Source: Cetorhinus maximus
Lineage: Eukaryota
Direction of reading: 5' to 3'
Assembly: GCF_964194155.1 (NCBI RefSeq)
Contig: NC_135895.1
Location: forward strand, 84,568,001-84,632,000
DNA: 64,000 nt
Both the position numbers and the translations under genes were made by a program. Below the pieces are notes generated by a model. It was given only the letters and a program-made list of their open reading frames with translations. It was not told where the DNA came from and made no database searches. Below are positions 11,176 through 23,698 of the stretch, piece after piece (positions within the stretch are counted from its first letter, which is position 1; every line of letters begins with the position of its first letter).

Positions 11176-14100
11176 TTTTCAACCTGGGATTTTGAACACA
11201 GACTGGAAAAAAACCTTTTATTTACATGCCTAGGAATTCTGAGCTGTGAGTCATGTGTCTTCCACACCACAAGCTTTACCCACATTAGAGTTTTCAGTTG
11301 TTCTGAAAGGTCTTCTCCTCTTCCCAGTTTGATCTTCAAGCACTGCACCTTGGGGCTCATGTCCATCAGGTGCTCACTGTATTCTCTATACATTACCTTG
11401 AAGATCCCAGTTGATCCGTGTAAGGCTTTAATACATGGGAGCACCCACTGCCACATCTCTCGTAAGCCCTCTGGTTAAATGGCGAATAGACTCGACTATA
11501 TATTTCCAGGTGAAAATTCATCTCCCTTGCCGAAATTAACAAATAAATAAATCACAACGATGTCCTTTGTCTCCTTTTCTTGACTGTAATTGCTTTATCC
11601 TTCCTATTTCAAGTAAAATTTGCAGTTATGTCCTAATGCAACCGTGCAATTTGATTATAGCTTCTAACAAATGTCTGGAATGAAATGTCTGTTTTTGGTT
11701 CATTTTTATACTGAGGGCCCCAACTAATGTAGCATGTGGTTTGGATAGCAGCAATTCAAAATTACATACACATTTGTCAAAACCATAGATTTTTCAACAT
11801 TTATTGCATTCTGTCTAATACATCCAGCTTATGTTATAGAATGTTAGTGCTCTATAGTGTCTATCAAAGTAATCAATTTAATGTGGAAAGTATTTGTAAT
11901 AGGAGATGGAACTATTGTATAATATATTGTGAATGTAAAGTTTCCCATTCTGCTTTCGATTTTGAAATAATTCTGATTAAGCTTATCAAACAAAGGAACT
12001 TGTATTTATCCAGTGTCTTCCTCAACCTTGGGATATCCCAAAGCACTTTACAACTAACCGAGCACTTTTAAAGTATAGTCATCATTGCCATGTTGGGAAG
12101 CCTAGTGGCCAATTTGCACATAGCAGCATCTTACATGCAGCAATGAGATAATAATCAGATAATCATGTTATTAGTGATGTTGGTTGAGGCATAAATATTG
12201 GCCAGGACAATAGGGAGAGCTCTCCTGGTCTTCAAATAATGTATTGGAAGACTGTCCTCTTGGTGAATAATCACATTGACACTTGCTTAATCCAATGGTC
12301 TCCCATATGGACTAATTTCCAACTGGCAAGTTTTAGTTTTTATGTGAAGTAGAACAATATTTTATTAGCTACTTACATAGTGCATGCCCTAAGTTTTCTG
12401 GGTGCCACAATAGTCTCAGTTAATTCTTGCTGTAAATCTTGACATTCAACTTTTTCAATGAACAGTCATGGATTGGATAGTCTAGGTGACTGAATTTTCC
12501 ATTGGTCTGAATCAGTCAGGTCGTCTTTTCCTGAGGGACAATGGCTTAGCTGTCTAGCCAGGAGTTCAGATCGGAAAACTAAGATTTCTACATCCAGTGA
12601 GGAGTTATCATAACAATCTTGGCTCTCATATGTATTGCACTAGCTCTCTTTTGTCCAAAATACCAAGCAGGAAGAGGACATCTGCAGTAGCAATCCCTGC
12701 TTCCTTTAAATCCTGCTCACGATGTCATAAAATTGCTTTACAGCTAATGAAGTACATTTGGAAGTGCAGTACTGTTCTAATAGAGTTGGAGCCCATTGAT
12801 GTTATATGGAGCAGAAAGTGGGCTCTTCTCCTTCCCTCTGTAGAAAAGTTTGTTCTGACTTAGGGCTCCATCTCACTCTTGATGGTCAGAATTATCGTTA
12901 TTGGCATTTTCAATACAGTGAGTTCCTACAGTAGGCTTTGCAAAAGCCAATGGATGTGATCTATACACTGACGAGCTTCATTACTGTGCATAGCAATATC
13001 ACAGCTTATGATGACCAACTAACCATTATTAGCCTCTGATGTGCCACTGGATTTTCTGAGGAGACCAGATGCTTGGGGCTTAATTCTTAATTAATTAAAG
13101 TCCTCGTTGAGACAGAAAATCATCTGTTTCAGTAATGGAGCAGGTGTGATTTCTGTAGATCCACTTACCCGTACTCCCATTGTCTTGGGAAGATTATCAA
13201 CTAGCAGGCCTATTGAACAGAGCTCATGAATAGTCTGGCATGCTGGTTTACAAAGCTCAAATGTACTGAAATAAACTTTTTCTTTGATCTTTCTTCAAAC
13301 ACTGGAAAATGCCAGCTGGGTTTGCATTTGGGGAGGAATATGCTGGCAGGGGATACTAACCCCTGGACAATCTGGCACCTGGCTCCTATAATCTTATCTT
13401 GGGAAAGTTCCATCTGGGAAGTCTCCAATTTTGCTGGGTGCTGCAATTACATGTTGCTGGGTTTAAGTACTGAACGCTGTTTTAGCCTCCTTAAATGGGA
13501 GGACTAGACTGATTTCCTAATTTACCCCTGAGACAGTGCTTGCAAGTGAAGCTCTGAGATCTTGCTATGTAAATTTCACAGATAAACGCCTAATAATTAT
13601 GCTAAAATCATCATGAAATGGAATATCTTATTACTGGTAGCATGTCTGCTTCTTGTAGTCTTAAGGACCTAAAATTATTGTACTGCAGTTGAGCTTCAGA
13701 ATCCACTGCTTAAAACTAATGCTGCTATTTCTTGAACTACTCCTGTCTAATGAGCTCTTGATCTAATGTGAAGATCCTTCAATTTTGTTGATGGACTAGT
13801 AAACAATCTCTATCGTTCTTGTCCTTTGTCCACTTATGAATTGTCAGACCTGATGCTCAGTGATGCAATGTATAGGCAGCTAGCCCCTGCTGGACCAACA
13901 TTAAAGTTGTTTTGAACATCTCCTATCGCTGCTTAATAACTGACATACAAAGCCAGTGGCAAGACTGTTGTGCTTGGATGATGCGGTCTTCGAACTTGGT
14001 GGAGACTTTGATGTCTGATGAGTCCAACACTGATCAGCTTGACTGGGATCAGTAAAAATACAAAAATGAATGAGATTACTTCAAGTTCATTATGTCCCTG

Positions 14101-15078
14101 GCAATGTAGGATATTTCTGCTCTGGCTAGCCTGGAATCTTTCGCATTGGCAGCTATCTTTGGATAGCTATAGAAAAGCTCTTGCAAAATGCAAACCGTAT
14201 ATATCCAGCCTTTGGCATATAATTGATAATTTCCCAATTGTTTTTAAACACAAAATAGAGTTGCTATCCAAAGCATTGTTAGTTCATGTCCAAAGGGCAG
14301 TGTTCAGGGATTATTCCTCAATCAGCTTTGGAAAAAACACTGATATAAAGATGGAACTAATACATGTGATGGCAGATGGCAAGTGGACCTCTATAGTGTG
14401 TGGTAAAGGCAAGTCATGTAAAAAAATGAATACAGTTATCCTCACTTTGGGCTGGTCACGGTAAGATGAAGAACATTGTGTAATCTTCTCCCATGACTCA
14501 CTCATTCCTGGGACCTCAGAACAATGACAGTCTCTATTTTATTTAAGGCTCTTGCCCTGATATGGTCTACAAGCTCTTGGGAAAACTCTTTATCTGGTTT
14601 TCATTCCTCTTTTCATTACAGGTATTGGCTCTGCATCTGGGATCCACAATGGGAAAACAATTCCTTTGTGTGTTTTAAGTTATCAATCTGATAAAGGGCA
14701 GAAATGCCAGAAATGGCACTGAATAGTTTTGAAATGAAGTTGCTGAACCTTGATAAATGCACATGTAGTTTGCCAAGAAATGTAGTTTGGATCAGTCTTT
14801 CTCGGAGCTTTAGGTTGAATAAAGGGTTCAAAGATTCATCAAAAGAAAAGGACAAGCAAAAAAACAAAACAAAAACATATTTTTCTCAAAAGTGTTTAGA
14901 ATTTGACAATACATTATCCTTACTAAGTGAAAGGTTGAATACCGCCATGGTGGAATATTTAATGTTGTTCTGTTAATTTTAAAGAATAGGATTCAATAGG
15001 AAGAATTATGTGGTCCATTGGAATTCTATACAATGAAAGTGAAAGTTTGGTTCATTGCAATCCTACAAAATTAGATTA

Positions 15079-15745
15079 GATAGGAAGAGCTGAAACCCAT
15101 TGGAACTTTAGAGAGGATAGGAAGAACTGTAACCCATTGGAACTTTAGAGAGGATAGGAAGGGCTGTAACCCACTGGGATTTTAGAGAGGATAGGAAGGG
15201 CTGTAACCCACTGGGATTTTAGAGAGGATAGGAAGGGCTGTAACCCACTGGGATTTTAGAGAGGATAGGAAGGGCTGTAACCCACTGGGATTTTAGAGGG
15301 GATAGGAAGGGCTGTAGCCCATTGAGATTTTACAGAGGATAGGAAGGGCTGTAGCCCATTGGGATTTTAGAGGGGATAGGAAGGGCTGTAGCCCATTGGG
15401 ATTTTACAGAGGATAGGAAAGGCTGTAGCCCATTGGGATTTTAGAGGGGATAGGAAGGGCTGTAGCCCATTGGGTTTTTACAGAGGATAGGAAGGGCTGT
15501 AACCCACTGGGATTTTAGAGGGGATAGGAAGGGCTGTAGCCCATTGGGATTTTAGAGAGGATAGGAAGGGCTGTAGCCCATTGGGATTTTAGAGAGGATA
15601 GGAAGGGCTGTAACCCACTGGGATTTTAGAGAGGATAGGAAGGGCTGTAGCCCATTGGGATTTTAGAGAGGATAGGAAGGGCTGTAACCCACTGGGATTT
15701 TAGAAAGGATAGGAAGGGCTGTAGCCCATTGGAATTCTACAGAAG
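15079..15745 (+). repeat. Minisatellite, 37-bp unit, about 18 copies
   Basis: Unit GATAGGAAGGGCTGTA(A/G)CCCA(C/T)TGGGATTTTAGAGAG repeated head to tail; period 37 measured (taggaag at 15081 and 15118). Confidence 0.97.
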
Positions 15746-15749
15746 TACA

Positions 15750-17810
15750 GAAATCACAAAAAGCTAGGGAACATGCAAAAATAAATTAAAATACTGATAG
15801 CCTTCATCTCAAGGAGGCTGGATACAAAGGTGTGGGAGTTATGTTCCAGTTCTACAAACCTCTGGTTAGAGCCCATTTAGAATACTGTGACAGGTCTGGG
15901 CACTGCATCTCAGGAAGAATAGAATCATAAGAATTTATGACCTAGCGGGAGCCCATTCAGCCCATCATGTCTGTGCCGACTGAAAGAGAGCTATCCAGTC
16001 TAACCCTGCTTTCCAACTCTTGGCCCATAGCCCTGCAGGTTGACGCATTTCAAGTGCATATCCTAGTACTTTTTAAAATGCGATGAAGGTTTCTGCCTCG
16101 ACCACTCTTTCAGGGAGTGGGTTCCAGACTTCCACCACTTTCTGGGTAGAAGTATTTCTCCTCAACCCTCTCCCCCTCCAGTTCTTCTGCCAACTACTTC
16201 AAATCCAAGCTGCCTGGTTATTGACCTCACTACTAAGGGAACTAGGTCCTTACTATCCACTCTATGTAGGCCCTCAGAATTTTATGCACCTCAACTTAAT
16301 CTTCCCTAACTCCGACCATCCAATCTTGCCACATAGCTAAAATTCTCCAGTTCTGGCAATATTCTTGTAAATCTGCTCTGTACCCAACCTGATGAGATCA
16401 CATTCTTTCCTATAATATCATACACCGTACGCCAGCTGTGACCTAATGGTTTTGTACAGTTTTTGTTCTTCTGCTTTAGTTGTGTTGGCATCACAGGCTA
16501 ATATCGGCATTCCACCAAGATTTATATGGGTAGCGCTAGCATGACCTACTGAGATGGTAATCTTGATAATGAAAGCCTTTAAATGGAAATAACCTAAAAA
16601 TGGGTCTTGAAGGTTTCTAGTGTTGGGGCTGTGACCATTTCCTTTGGCAGCTTGTTCCATTGTGGGATTGTCCTTGGGAAGAAAGATTGTTAATGCATTG
16701 TCTTGGAAACAAATGGTCTTCGTAGTTCTAGCATAACCGTTCTGCTCTTCGATTCTGTGACAGAGGAACATAGGAGCAGGAGTAGGCCATTCAGCCCCTC
16801 AAGCCTGCTCTCCCATTCAACAAGATCATGGCTGATCATCTACCTCAATGCTACCCCCATATCCCTTGTCATTAGTGTATAGAAATCTATCGGTCTCTGT
16901 CTTGACTGAGCTTCCATAGGCAGCTGGGGTATTGAATTCCAAAGATTCACCACGCTCTGAGTGAAGAAATGCCTCCTCATCTCAGGCCTAAATGGCTTGC
17001 CTCTTATTCTGAGACTGTTCCCTGGTTCTAGAGGCCTATCCCCCCCCCCCCCCCCCCCCCCCCCCGCCCCACCCCTCCACCGGCCAGAGGAAACATCCTT
17101 TCTGCATCTATCCTGACTAGCCCCTTAAGGAATTAGTAAGTCTCAATGAGATCACCTCTCATTCTTCTAAATTCTAGAGAATACAGGCCCAGTATCCTCA
17201 ATCTCTTCTCATAGGAGAGTGCCACCCTCCCAGGAATTAGTCTGATGAACCTCCACTTCACTCCTTCTATGGCAGGTATATGAAGTTAATGAAGGAAAGT
17301 ATTTTTTATATTTTCTTAGCCACCTTATCTACCTGCCTTGCTACATTTAGGGATCTGTGGACATGCACTATAAGCTACCTCTATTCCAATACACTTCTCA
17401 GTATCAACTGATATATTGGCAAATTCACCAGAACAAGACCAAGGCTAATAGGGTTAAATTACAAGCATAATTTGCATAGACTCAACCTGCACTTCTTGAG
17501 TATAGAAGACAAAAGTGTGATGTCATTGAGTTCTTTAAGGTGATTAAAGTGATTGATAGGGGAGTTCGGAACAACTTTAAAACTAGCGCTTGGGCATTCA
17601 GGGTTGATGCCAGGAAGGATACTGGTTATCTGGAAATCTCATCCCAAAAAGCTGCTGAACCTAGGTCTGTGGAAGAATTCAAAATGGGGATTGATATGTT
17701 TTTGTTCAGTAAGGGTATTGGAATCACTGAGACTAAATAGACTTAAGTTACAGATCAACAATGACAGTGGAATAGAATCAAGGACCAAATGGCCTACTCA
17801 TATTTCTATG
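15750..17810. mobile_element. Cluster of CR1 3' fragments in both orientations, with a poly-C run at ~17040-17070
   Basis: CR1 3' motifs (ctggttagagcccatttagaatactgtg; ggagtaggccattcagcccctc; ctctgagtgaagaaat; caaatggcctactc). Confidence 0.75.
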
Positions 17811-18524
17811 TAGTTTTTTTACTCTGTTCTCCTCCTGTGATATGTTGATTCAAACTTCAGAAGCATCATTGTTTGCTTCACAACAAGTGAGAGGGGAATG
17901 TGAGGATGCTACCAGTGGGACATGGTGATCCCTTGCAATGAGAATAGACCAATATCACAACCCAGAGACTCTGCAATTAACCCACCCAAGCTGCACTTCC
18001 AAAATCTCTCTTGACATAGAAAGAGTAGAGAAATTGTATTGCAGAGCAGTAGATTGGTAGGGTTAGAAAACTAGAGATGAGCAGAATTAAATAGATCACT
18101 GGGTTCCTGGGCTTGAATCCATCCTAAGCCATTAAATGCACTTGAGCAAATGCCCAAGATAAGATGTCCAATCTATATTCTCCAGTGATGACTGGTTGCA
18201 TTGCCCTGTTATTTTTCCAACACAATTGAACCTGCAATGTTCCATTGACTATTGATGAGCTGTATTTTTAATCAGTAGAGTAACCAATTATTAGTTCAGC
18301 TCATTCGAAAGGAGTTAAGAAAGCAATAATTACTTTGGGAGGTTATTCCCAGGCATGTATCTTGCTTGAGAATTACTAATATTGTACTGTATCCCTTCAG
18401 GCTCTTTTGAAAATGTAACTTTGGATTATGGGATTTTAAAAATTCCAGAATATTCCATACTGATGCTTTGAACAAGTGTGACTGATCATGACAATTAAAA
18501 TTTGTTTTGACTTCGGTCTTTCAG

Positions 18525-18702
18525 AGAGATGTTTCCCTTACTTGCAAGTATGGAAAATGGGACCGAACTGTGACCTGTGACCTCGTCAACTGTGGATTTC
18601 CTGACCAGTCACATGTTTACCATGCCAGCTTTTTCTGCCCAGAGGGTACCACCTATGGAAAGCAATGCATCTTCTCCTGCAACCCACCAGCTAAACTGCA
18701 AG
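18525..18702 (+). CDS. PAPPA2: Pappalysin-2 coding exon, end of CCP1 and CCP2 (phase 0 to 1)
   Basis: Acceptor tctttcag|AGA and donor CAAG|gtac. Encodes RDVSLTCKYGKWDRTVTCDLVNCGFPDQSHVYHASFFCPEGTTYGKQCIFSCNPPAKLQ; PPAKLQG is the PAPPA2-type motif. Confidence 0.94.
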
Positions 18703-19699
18703 GTACAAGAATACAATCATTCAGAGTTTTGCTTCAAATAGCGAAAGCTTTTGAAATGGGAGCATTGAAATCTCAGTGTGACTTGCCCATGCGTAAGTAT
18801 GTTAGAAAAAAAACAGTCAACCTCTCCCTGCCCCAAAAAATAGTTCGAAAAGCTGCTGCCCAACTGAACCAAACAGAAGTGTCCAGGTTTGATCCCTGGT
18901 CTGTATCAAGCTACCTACTCTCAGGCTGCAGAGTGGACAAAACATGCTCTCAGTGTACTCTGGTGACTCAAGATCATCAACAACTTATACTTATAGAGCC
19001 TTTAATAAATGCTCCAAGATGCCTCACAGGCGCATTATAAAACTAAGTATGACACCAAGCCACATAAAGGGAATTGGGCCCGATGACCGAAAGCTTGGTC
19101 AGAGAGGTAGGTTTTAAGAAGTGCCTTAAAGGAGGAAAGCGAGAGAGGAGGAAAGGTGTAGGGAAGGAATTCCAGAGCTTGGTGACCTAGGCAATTGAAA
19201 GCCCAGCTACCAATGCTGGAGCGAATGAAAAATAACACTGAGTTTTTGGATGATGTCGCCAAGGGGCAGCATGTAGATGACTCTGATCCCCCGAATGAAT
19301 TCCCAGATCCAAATTGCTCAATACTTCCCACCTTACCATCCCTCTGTTATTAACCATCGCAGTGTCCTTTTGAAATAAAATACACCACAGAACAGCCATT
19401 CCACACTGACGCCATCCAGCAACACTTCCATTATTCCATACAACACTCAATAAATCACTCTTCTGCATTCCCTTAGTGCCTGTCTTGCGGATATCTTTGC
19501 CTGGTTTAGTGCTCAAATGTAGTGCTACCCCAGTAAGCCCAGCATGGCTGGTAGAAGGCTGCAGACTTTCAATGGGGGAAGACTGTAGATGGTCTTGCAG
19601 GACGTCTCAAACAACTCTGGGTGACATGGTGCAATACCATCCTTAATTCTGTTAATTGTTTCTTGAGCGCTGTGGCTCTGCTAATGTTGCAGTAAAGCC

Positions 19700-20160
19700 T
19701 TGTTATATCTAATTGGAATTGCCAAACTTACTTGACCAGTCACACACATACTGTGGCTACAAGAGCAGGTTAAAGGTTGGGTCACTTGTGGTGAGTAACT
19801 CACCTCCTGATTCCCCAAAGCCATTCCACCAGCTGCAGGGCACAAGTCAGGAGTGTAATGGAATACTCTCCACTTGCCTGGATGAGTGCAGCTCCAACAA
19901 CACTCAAGGACCAAGCAGACGGCTCGACTGATGCCTCATCCACAACTTAAATATTCACTCCCTCCCACCACTGGTGCAATGTGTCTGCGGTGTGTATCAA
20001 ACGCAAGATGCACTGTTGTAACTCACCAAAGCTTCTTTGACAGCACTTCCCAAACCAGTAACCTTTACCACCTCGAGGAACAAGGGCAACAGGTACAAGG
20101 GACCACCACCACTTACACGGTCCACTCCAAGCTACACTCCATCCTGATTTGGAAAACCTG
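19700..20160 (+). mobile_element. Family B LINE 3' fragment
   Basis: gcacaagtcaggagtgtaatggaatactctccacttgcctgg is shared with 36380 and 42880. Confidence 0.8.
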
Positions 20161-20269
20161 TTAATGCTAACTGCAAAGACTTGGAAGTGTGCTGTTGATG
20201 TTTGTACAGTAAGATACTGTAACTTTACATCGTACTGTGTAGGGTCACATGTCGCAGTGGTATGTATGG

Positions 20270-21352
20270 ACATAATATTTACTTGGATAAGGAATTTGTT
20301 GGGAGGTAGCATACAGGGAGTGGGGATGGTGGGTCTGTACTCAATTATCAGAGTTAACTGGTGGCATCCCTCAGGGATCTGTACTGGGCTTTTAGCATTT
20401 CATTATATTTATAAATGATATGGATGAAAGAATAGAGAGCTGTATATCCAAGTTTGCTGATGACACTAAGTTGGATGGCACAGTAAACAGTGTAGATACG
20501 TGGGAGCAGCAAGTTACAAATGAACATTGATAGATTATGTGCATGGGCAAAACTGTGGCAGATGGAGTTCAGTGTGGGGAAAGTGTGAGGTCATCCACTT
20601 TGGACCTCAGAAAGAGAGATCAGAGTATTTTCTGAATGGAGAGAAGCTTGGAGTTGTGGATGAGCAGAGAGATTTTGGGCTTCAAGTACAGAAATCTCTA
20701 AAAGCTAGTGAAAAGGTACAAAGGGTAAGTAAAAAGATGAATGGAAAGTTGGCCCCTTTATCTCATGGGATCTGCAATACAAATGGGTGATACTATGAGC
20801 CATTAGATAAACTCCATCTGGGATATTGCATCCTGTTCTGGCACCACATCTCAGGAAGGATATACTGGCCTTGGAGTGGGTGAAGCTCAGACTCACTAGA
20901 ACGACAACTGGGCCTAAAAGGGTAAAATAGGTTTCACAGGCCAGACTTGATCTCCTGTGAGTATAGAAGATTAAGGGGCAATCTAAATGAGATGTTTTAA
21001 TATGATGTGATGGGGCAGATGGAGACAAACCATTTCCTGTGGAGGGAGAACCCAGAACAAAGGGAATTCTAAAATGCACAGTTAGGCTGTTCTGCAGTGC
21101 AGTGATGTCAAGAAGCACTTCTGCACCCTGTGGGTAGCGGAAATCTGGAAAACTCTTCACCAAAAAGCTGTTGAGGTTGTGGGTCAGTCGGAAATTTCAA
21201 AACTGAGATTGATATTTTTTTTGTTTGGTGAGGGTATTAAGGGTTACAAAGCCAAAACCGGTAGATGGAGTTAAGAAAGCGATCTCGAATTGAATGGCGG
21301 CACAGGCCGGAGGGACTGAATGGCCTAGTCCTGTTCCCACATTTCCTGTGTT
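20270..21352 (+). mobile_element. CR1 RT/3' fragment
   Basis: SKFADDTKL and KCEVIHFG motifs; tail gggactgaatggcctagtcctgttcc. Confidence 0.8.
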
Positions 21353-22149
21353 CCCAAGATGACAACAGCTTGCGCTTTGAGTGAGCAGTCAGCTTTCGTA
21401 GTCGCTGTTTGTGTGACTTCACAGCCCTTTAAGGCTTGCCAACCTTTGGGACTTTAATTTACCCCATCAGACCTTACGTAATACAAGCCTTCTGTATTGT
21501 GAAGTGATCCCTCTAACTTATGTCCAGAGGCTGGAGCTGTGGACAGGCATAAAGGTAAATCTTGAGACACAGACTGTATTATGATCTGAGGGGCTCAGCT
21601 GGTCGATAGCCTACATCAGTAGTGCGTAGAGGTAGATTGTGTTTCTATGACTTTAATCTTGTAAAACACCATGACTTATTTTTGTTGATTGATTGGTAAT
21701 ATAAATAGCAGATTAAAGTAATGTTTGTTTGGAGTTTTATTTTGCAGCAGCTACTTTTTCTGAACAGCTGGGATTTATTTACCAAGTTTTCCCTTTGTGT
21801 TTACTCTGTGCGTGCGTTAATTGGCCAAGCTTTCTCGCAACAAAAATACCACTATCTGTAATCACAGCTTGAAATGGGATTACAACATTCACCAGTTAGC
21901 AAATTTACGACAAGGCCAATCTGTGTAAAAGTTATGGTTGGGAAAATCATTTTCATTCCTGACAGAAGTGGTGGTCTGATTTTTAAGTATATAACTGCCA
22001 TGTAATGAGTTGAATATATTCCATTTCCTCTATCTGTGAGGCAATGGGTCGTTGTCAGCTTGTATTGCTTAATTTTATGGGGTCATAGATGAATGCAGCA
22101 CAGCAGGAGGCCATTCGGCCCAAGGAGATTCAATTAGCCCCGTTTATAG

Positions 22150-23395
22150 TGCGGAATTTTCCCTGAATTGCACTAAGTGTGGTGGCAGCCTTCAAAAACG
22201 GCGTTTTTCCCGTTGGCCGCAATGGCGGGTTTTAGCGCCGTATCGTCCCCTTCCCAGCTCAAAAACCCCGCCTCATTAATAATGCATTCATAGGAAACAT
22301 GCCGGGTCGCTGGCAGACGGTCTCTGATTTGCCCGCCACACCATCACCACAGCGCTTCCGCACTTCGGGCGCTATATTTAAACCGCAGCCTACTTCATGT
22401 CTGCAGACCAGGGCTGCTCCAGGTGACAGACGGCCCCGAAAGGCAGGAAGACGGCAGCCCTCAAATATAGTGAGGCCTCAGTGGAGCGCCTTTTGGGTGC
22501 CTTTGAGGCCCACTGTGATGTCCTCTACCCCTGCTCTGGCTGCAGGAGGTCCACAGGAGTCACCAATCTGGCCTGGGAGGCAGTGGCAGCAGCAGTCAGT
22601 GCCATTGGAGCACATAGGAGGTCAGCCATCCAGTGCAGGAAGAGGATGAATGATCTCATCTGTTCTGCCTGGGTAAGTCACCTCATCACTCTCAACTCAC
22701 ACACTCACAAACCCATCACACATCCTCAGGGATCTCACACCTCAAGGGGCAACACCACTAACTCTCACATACACCCTCACATCTCCATCAGGCTCATATC
22801 CTCTGGAGCTCATTTCCTCATCCCGTCTATGTCTCCGCTCACCACACAAACATTCCACGCATCCTTATCATCTGCCGTGGCACGCGCCTGCTCACGCTCC
22901 CTCTGTCTGTTTTCATGCAGGAGAAGCTGGCTCACAACAAGAGGGAGAGGTTCCAGGCCAGGGGTGGAGTATCCAAAATTAGGCACCTCATTCACTTTGA
23001 GGATCGTGGCATCGCTCTGACTGGTGAGGACGTGGACTGTTCCTACAGTGACGGTGAGGTTGGCAGTGAACACCCGCCTGAGGACCCTGCACCTGATCAT
23101 CCCTCTCTCAATGCAACTGTGAGTGCTCTCTCTCCTGCTTTTAACTCTGCTGCCATGCACTACTTATCTCTACTCTGGTTCACAGGGAGCTCTGTCAAGC
23201 AACCGACGCCCTCAGCCAGCCAGTCCCTCAGCTCCATCCAGGTCCTCACCTCCAGCCAAGAGGACACCTTCTCCATTGAAGACCTAGAAATAAACAGCCT
23301 GGAAGACCCGTCACAGCGTTTACCCACACCCTGCACCAGCGCAGAGACACACACTTCGGGTGGCACCTAGATCTAGAGCAGGCTTGAGTTCATAA
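22150..23395 (+). mobile_element. Harbinger-type DNA transposon remnant with a spliced Myb/SANT-like gene
   Basis: Left TIR gcggaattttccc. Exon 1 at 22430-22672 (ACG in place of ATG; ...WEAVAAAVSA...RSAIQCRKRMNDL|gtaagt). Exon 2 starts at 22921 (tttcatgcag|EKLAHNKRER...GG). Confidence 0.75.
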
Positions 23396-23538
23396 ACTCT
23401 TCTCCACCCCTCACTCTATAAAAATTACAATTATATTACCTGAGCTAATTCCCTCTTTAAACATTCTAAATCCACCAGTGCAAATGTTATACTTTCCGTC
23501 GTTTGGTAGTATGGTGTATTGCTGAAAAAAGAAACATG

Positions 23539-23574
23539 CTGTCAAAGCGTTTCATCTTGCACTCATCAGGACAG
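23539..23574 (-). ncRNA. Minimal type I hammerhead ribozyme motif (Penelope-associated)
   Basis: Minus strand reads CTGTC-CTGATGA-GT-GCAAG-AT-GAAA-CGCTTT-GACAG, with a perfect stem I (CTGTC/GACAG) and the CUGAUGA/GAAA core. Confidence 0.6.
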
Positions 23575-23698
23575 ATATGCAAGAATACCAATAGTATTAT
23601 TGTTGCATGAGAAAAGCGTGCTGATTGGCTGGCAAGTGGACTCTGATTGTAAGAGACGTTGCCATGGAGAATGCACCAGGCAACAGTTAATTGCCAAG

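Noticed and set aside
14010-14060. Hammerhead ribozyme at ctgatgagtcc
   Set aside because: No closing stem II with GAAA downstream.
14018-14976. ORFs of 83-148 aa as novel genes
   Set aside because: No recognisable domains or splice support; consistent with chance ORFs in AT-rich intron.
15079-15745. CRISPR array (37-bp repeats)
   Set aside because: Units are contiguous with no unique spacers, there are no cas genes, and the context is a vertebrate intron.
17040-17070. Poly-C tract as a regulatory element
   Set aside because: A homopolymer expansion inside a CR1 fragment, and its length is unreliable in assemblies.
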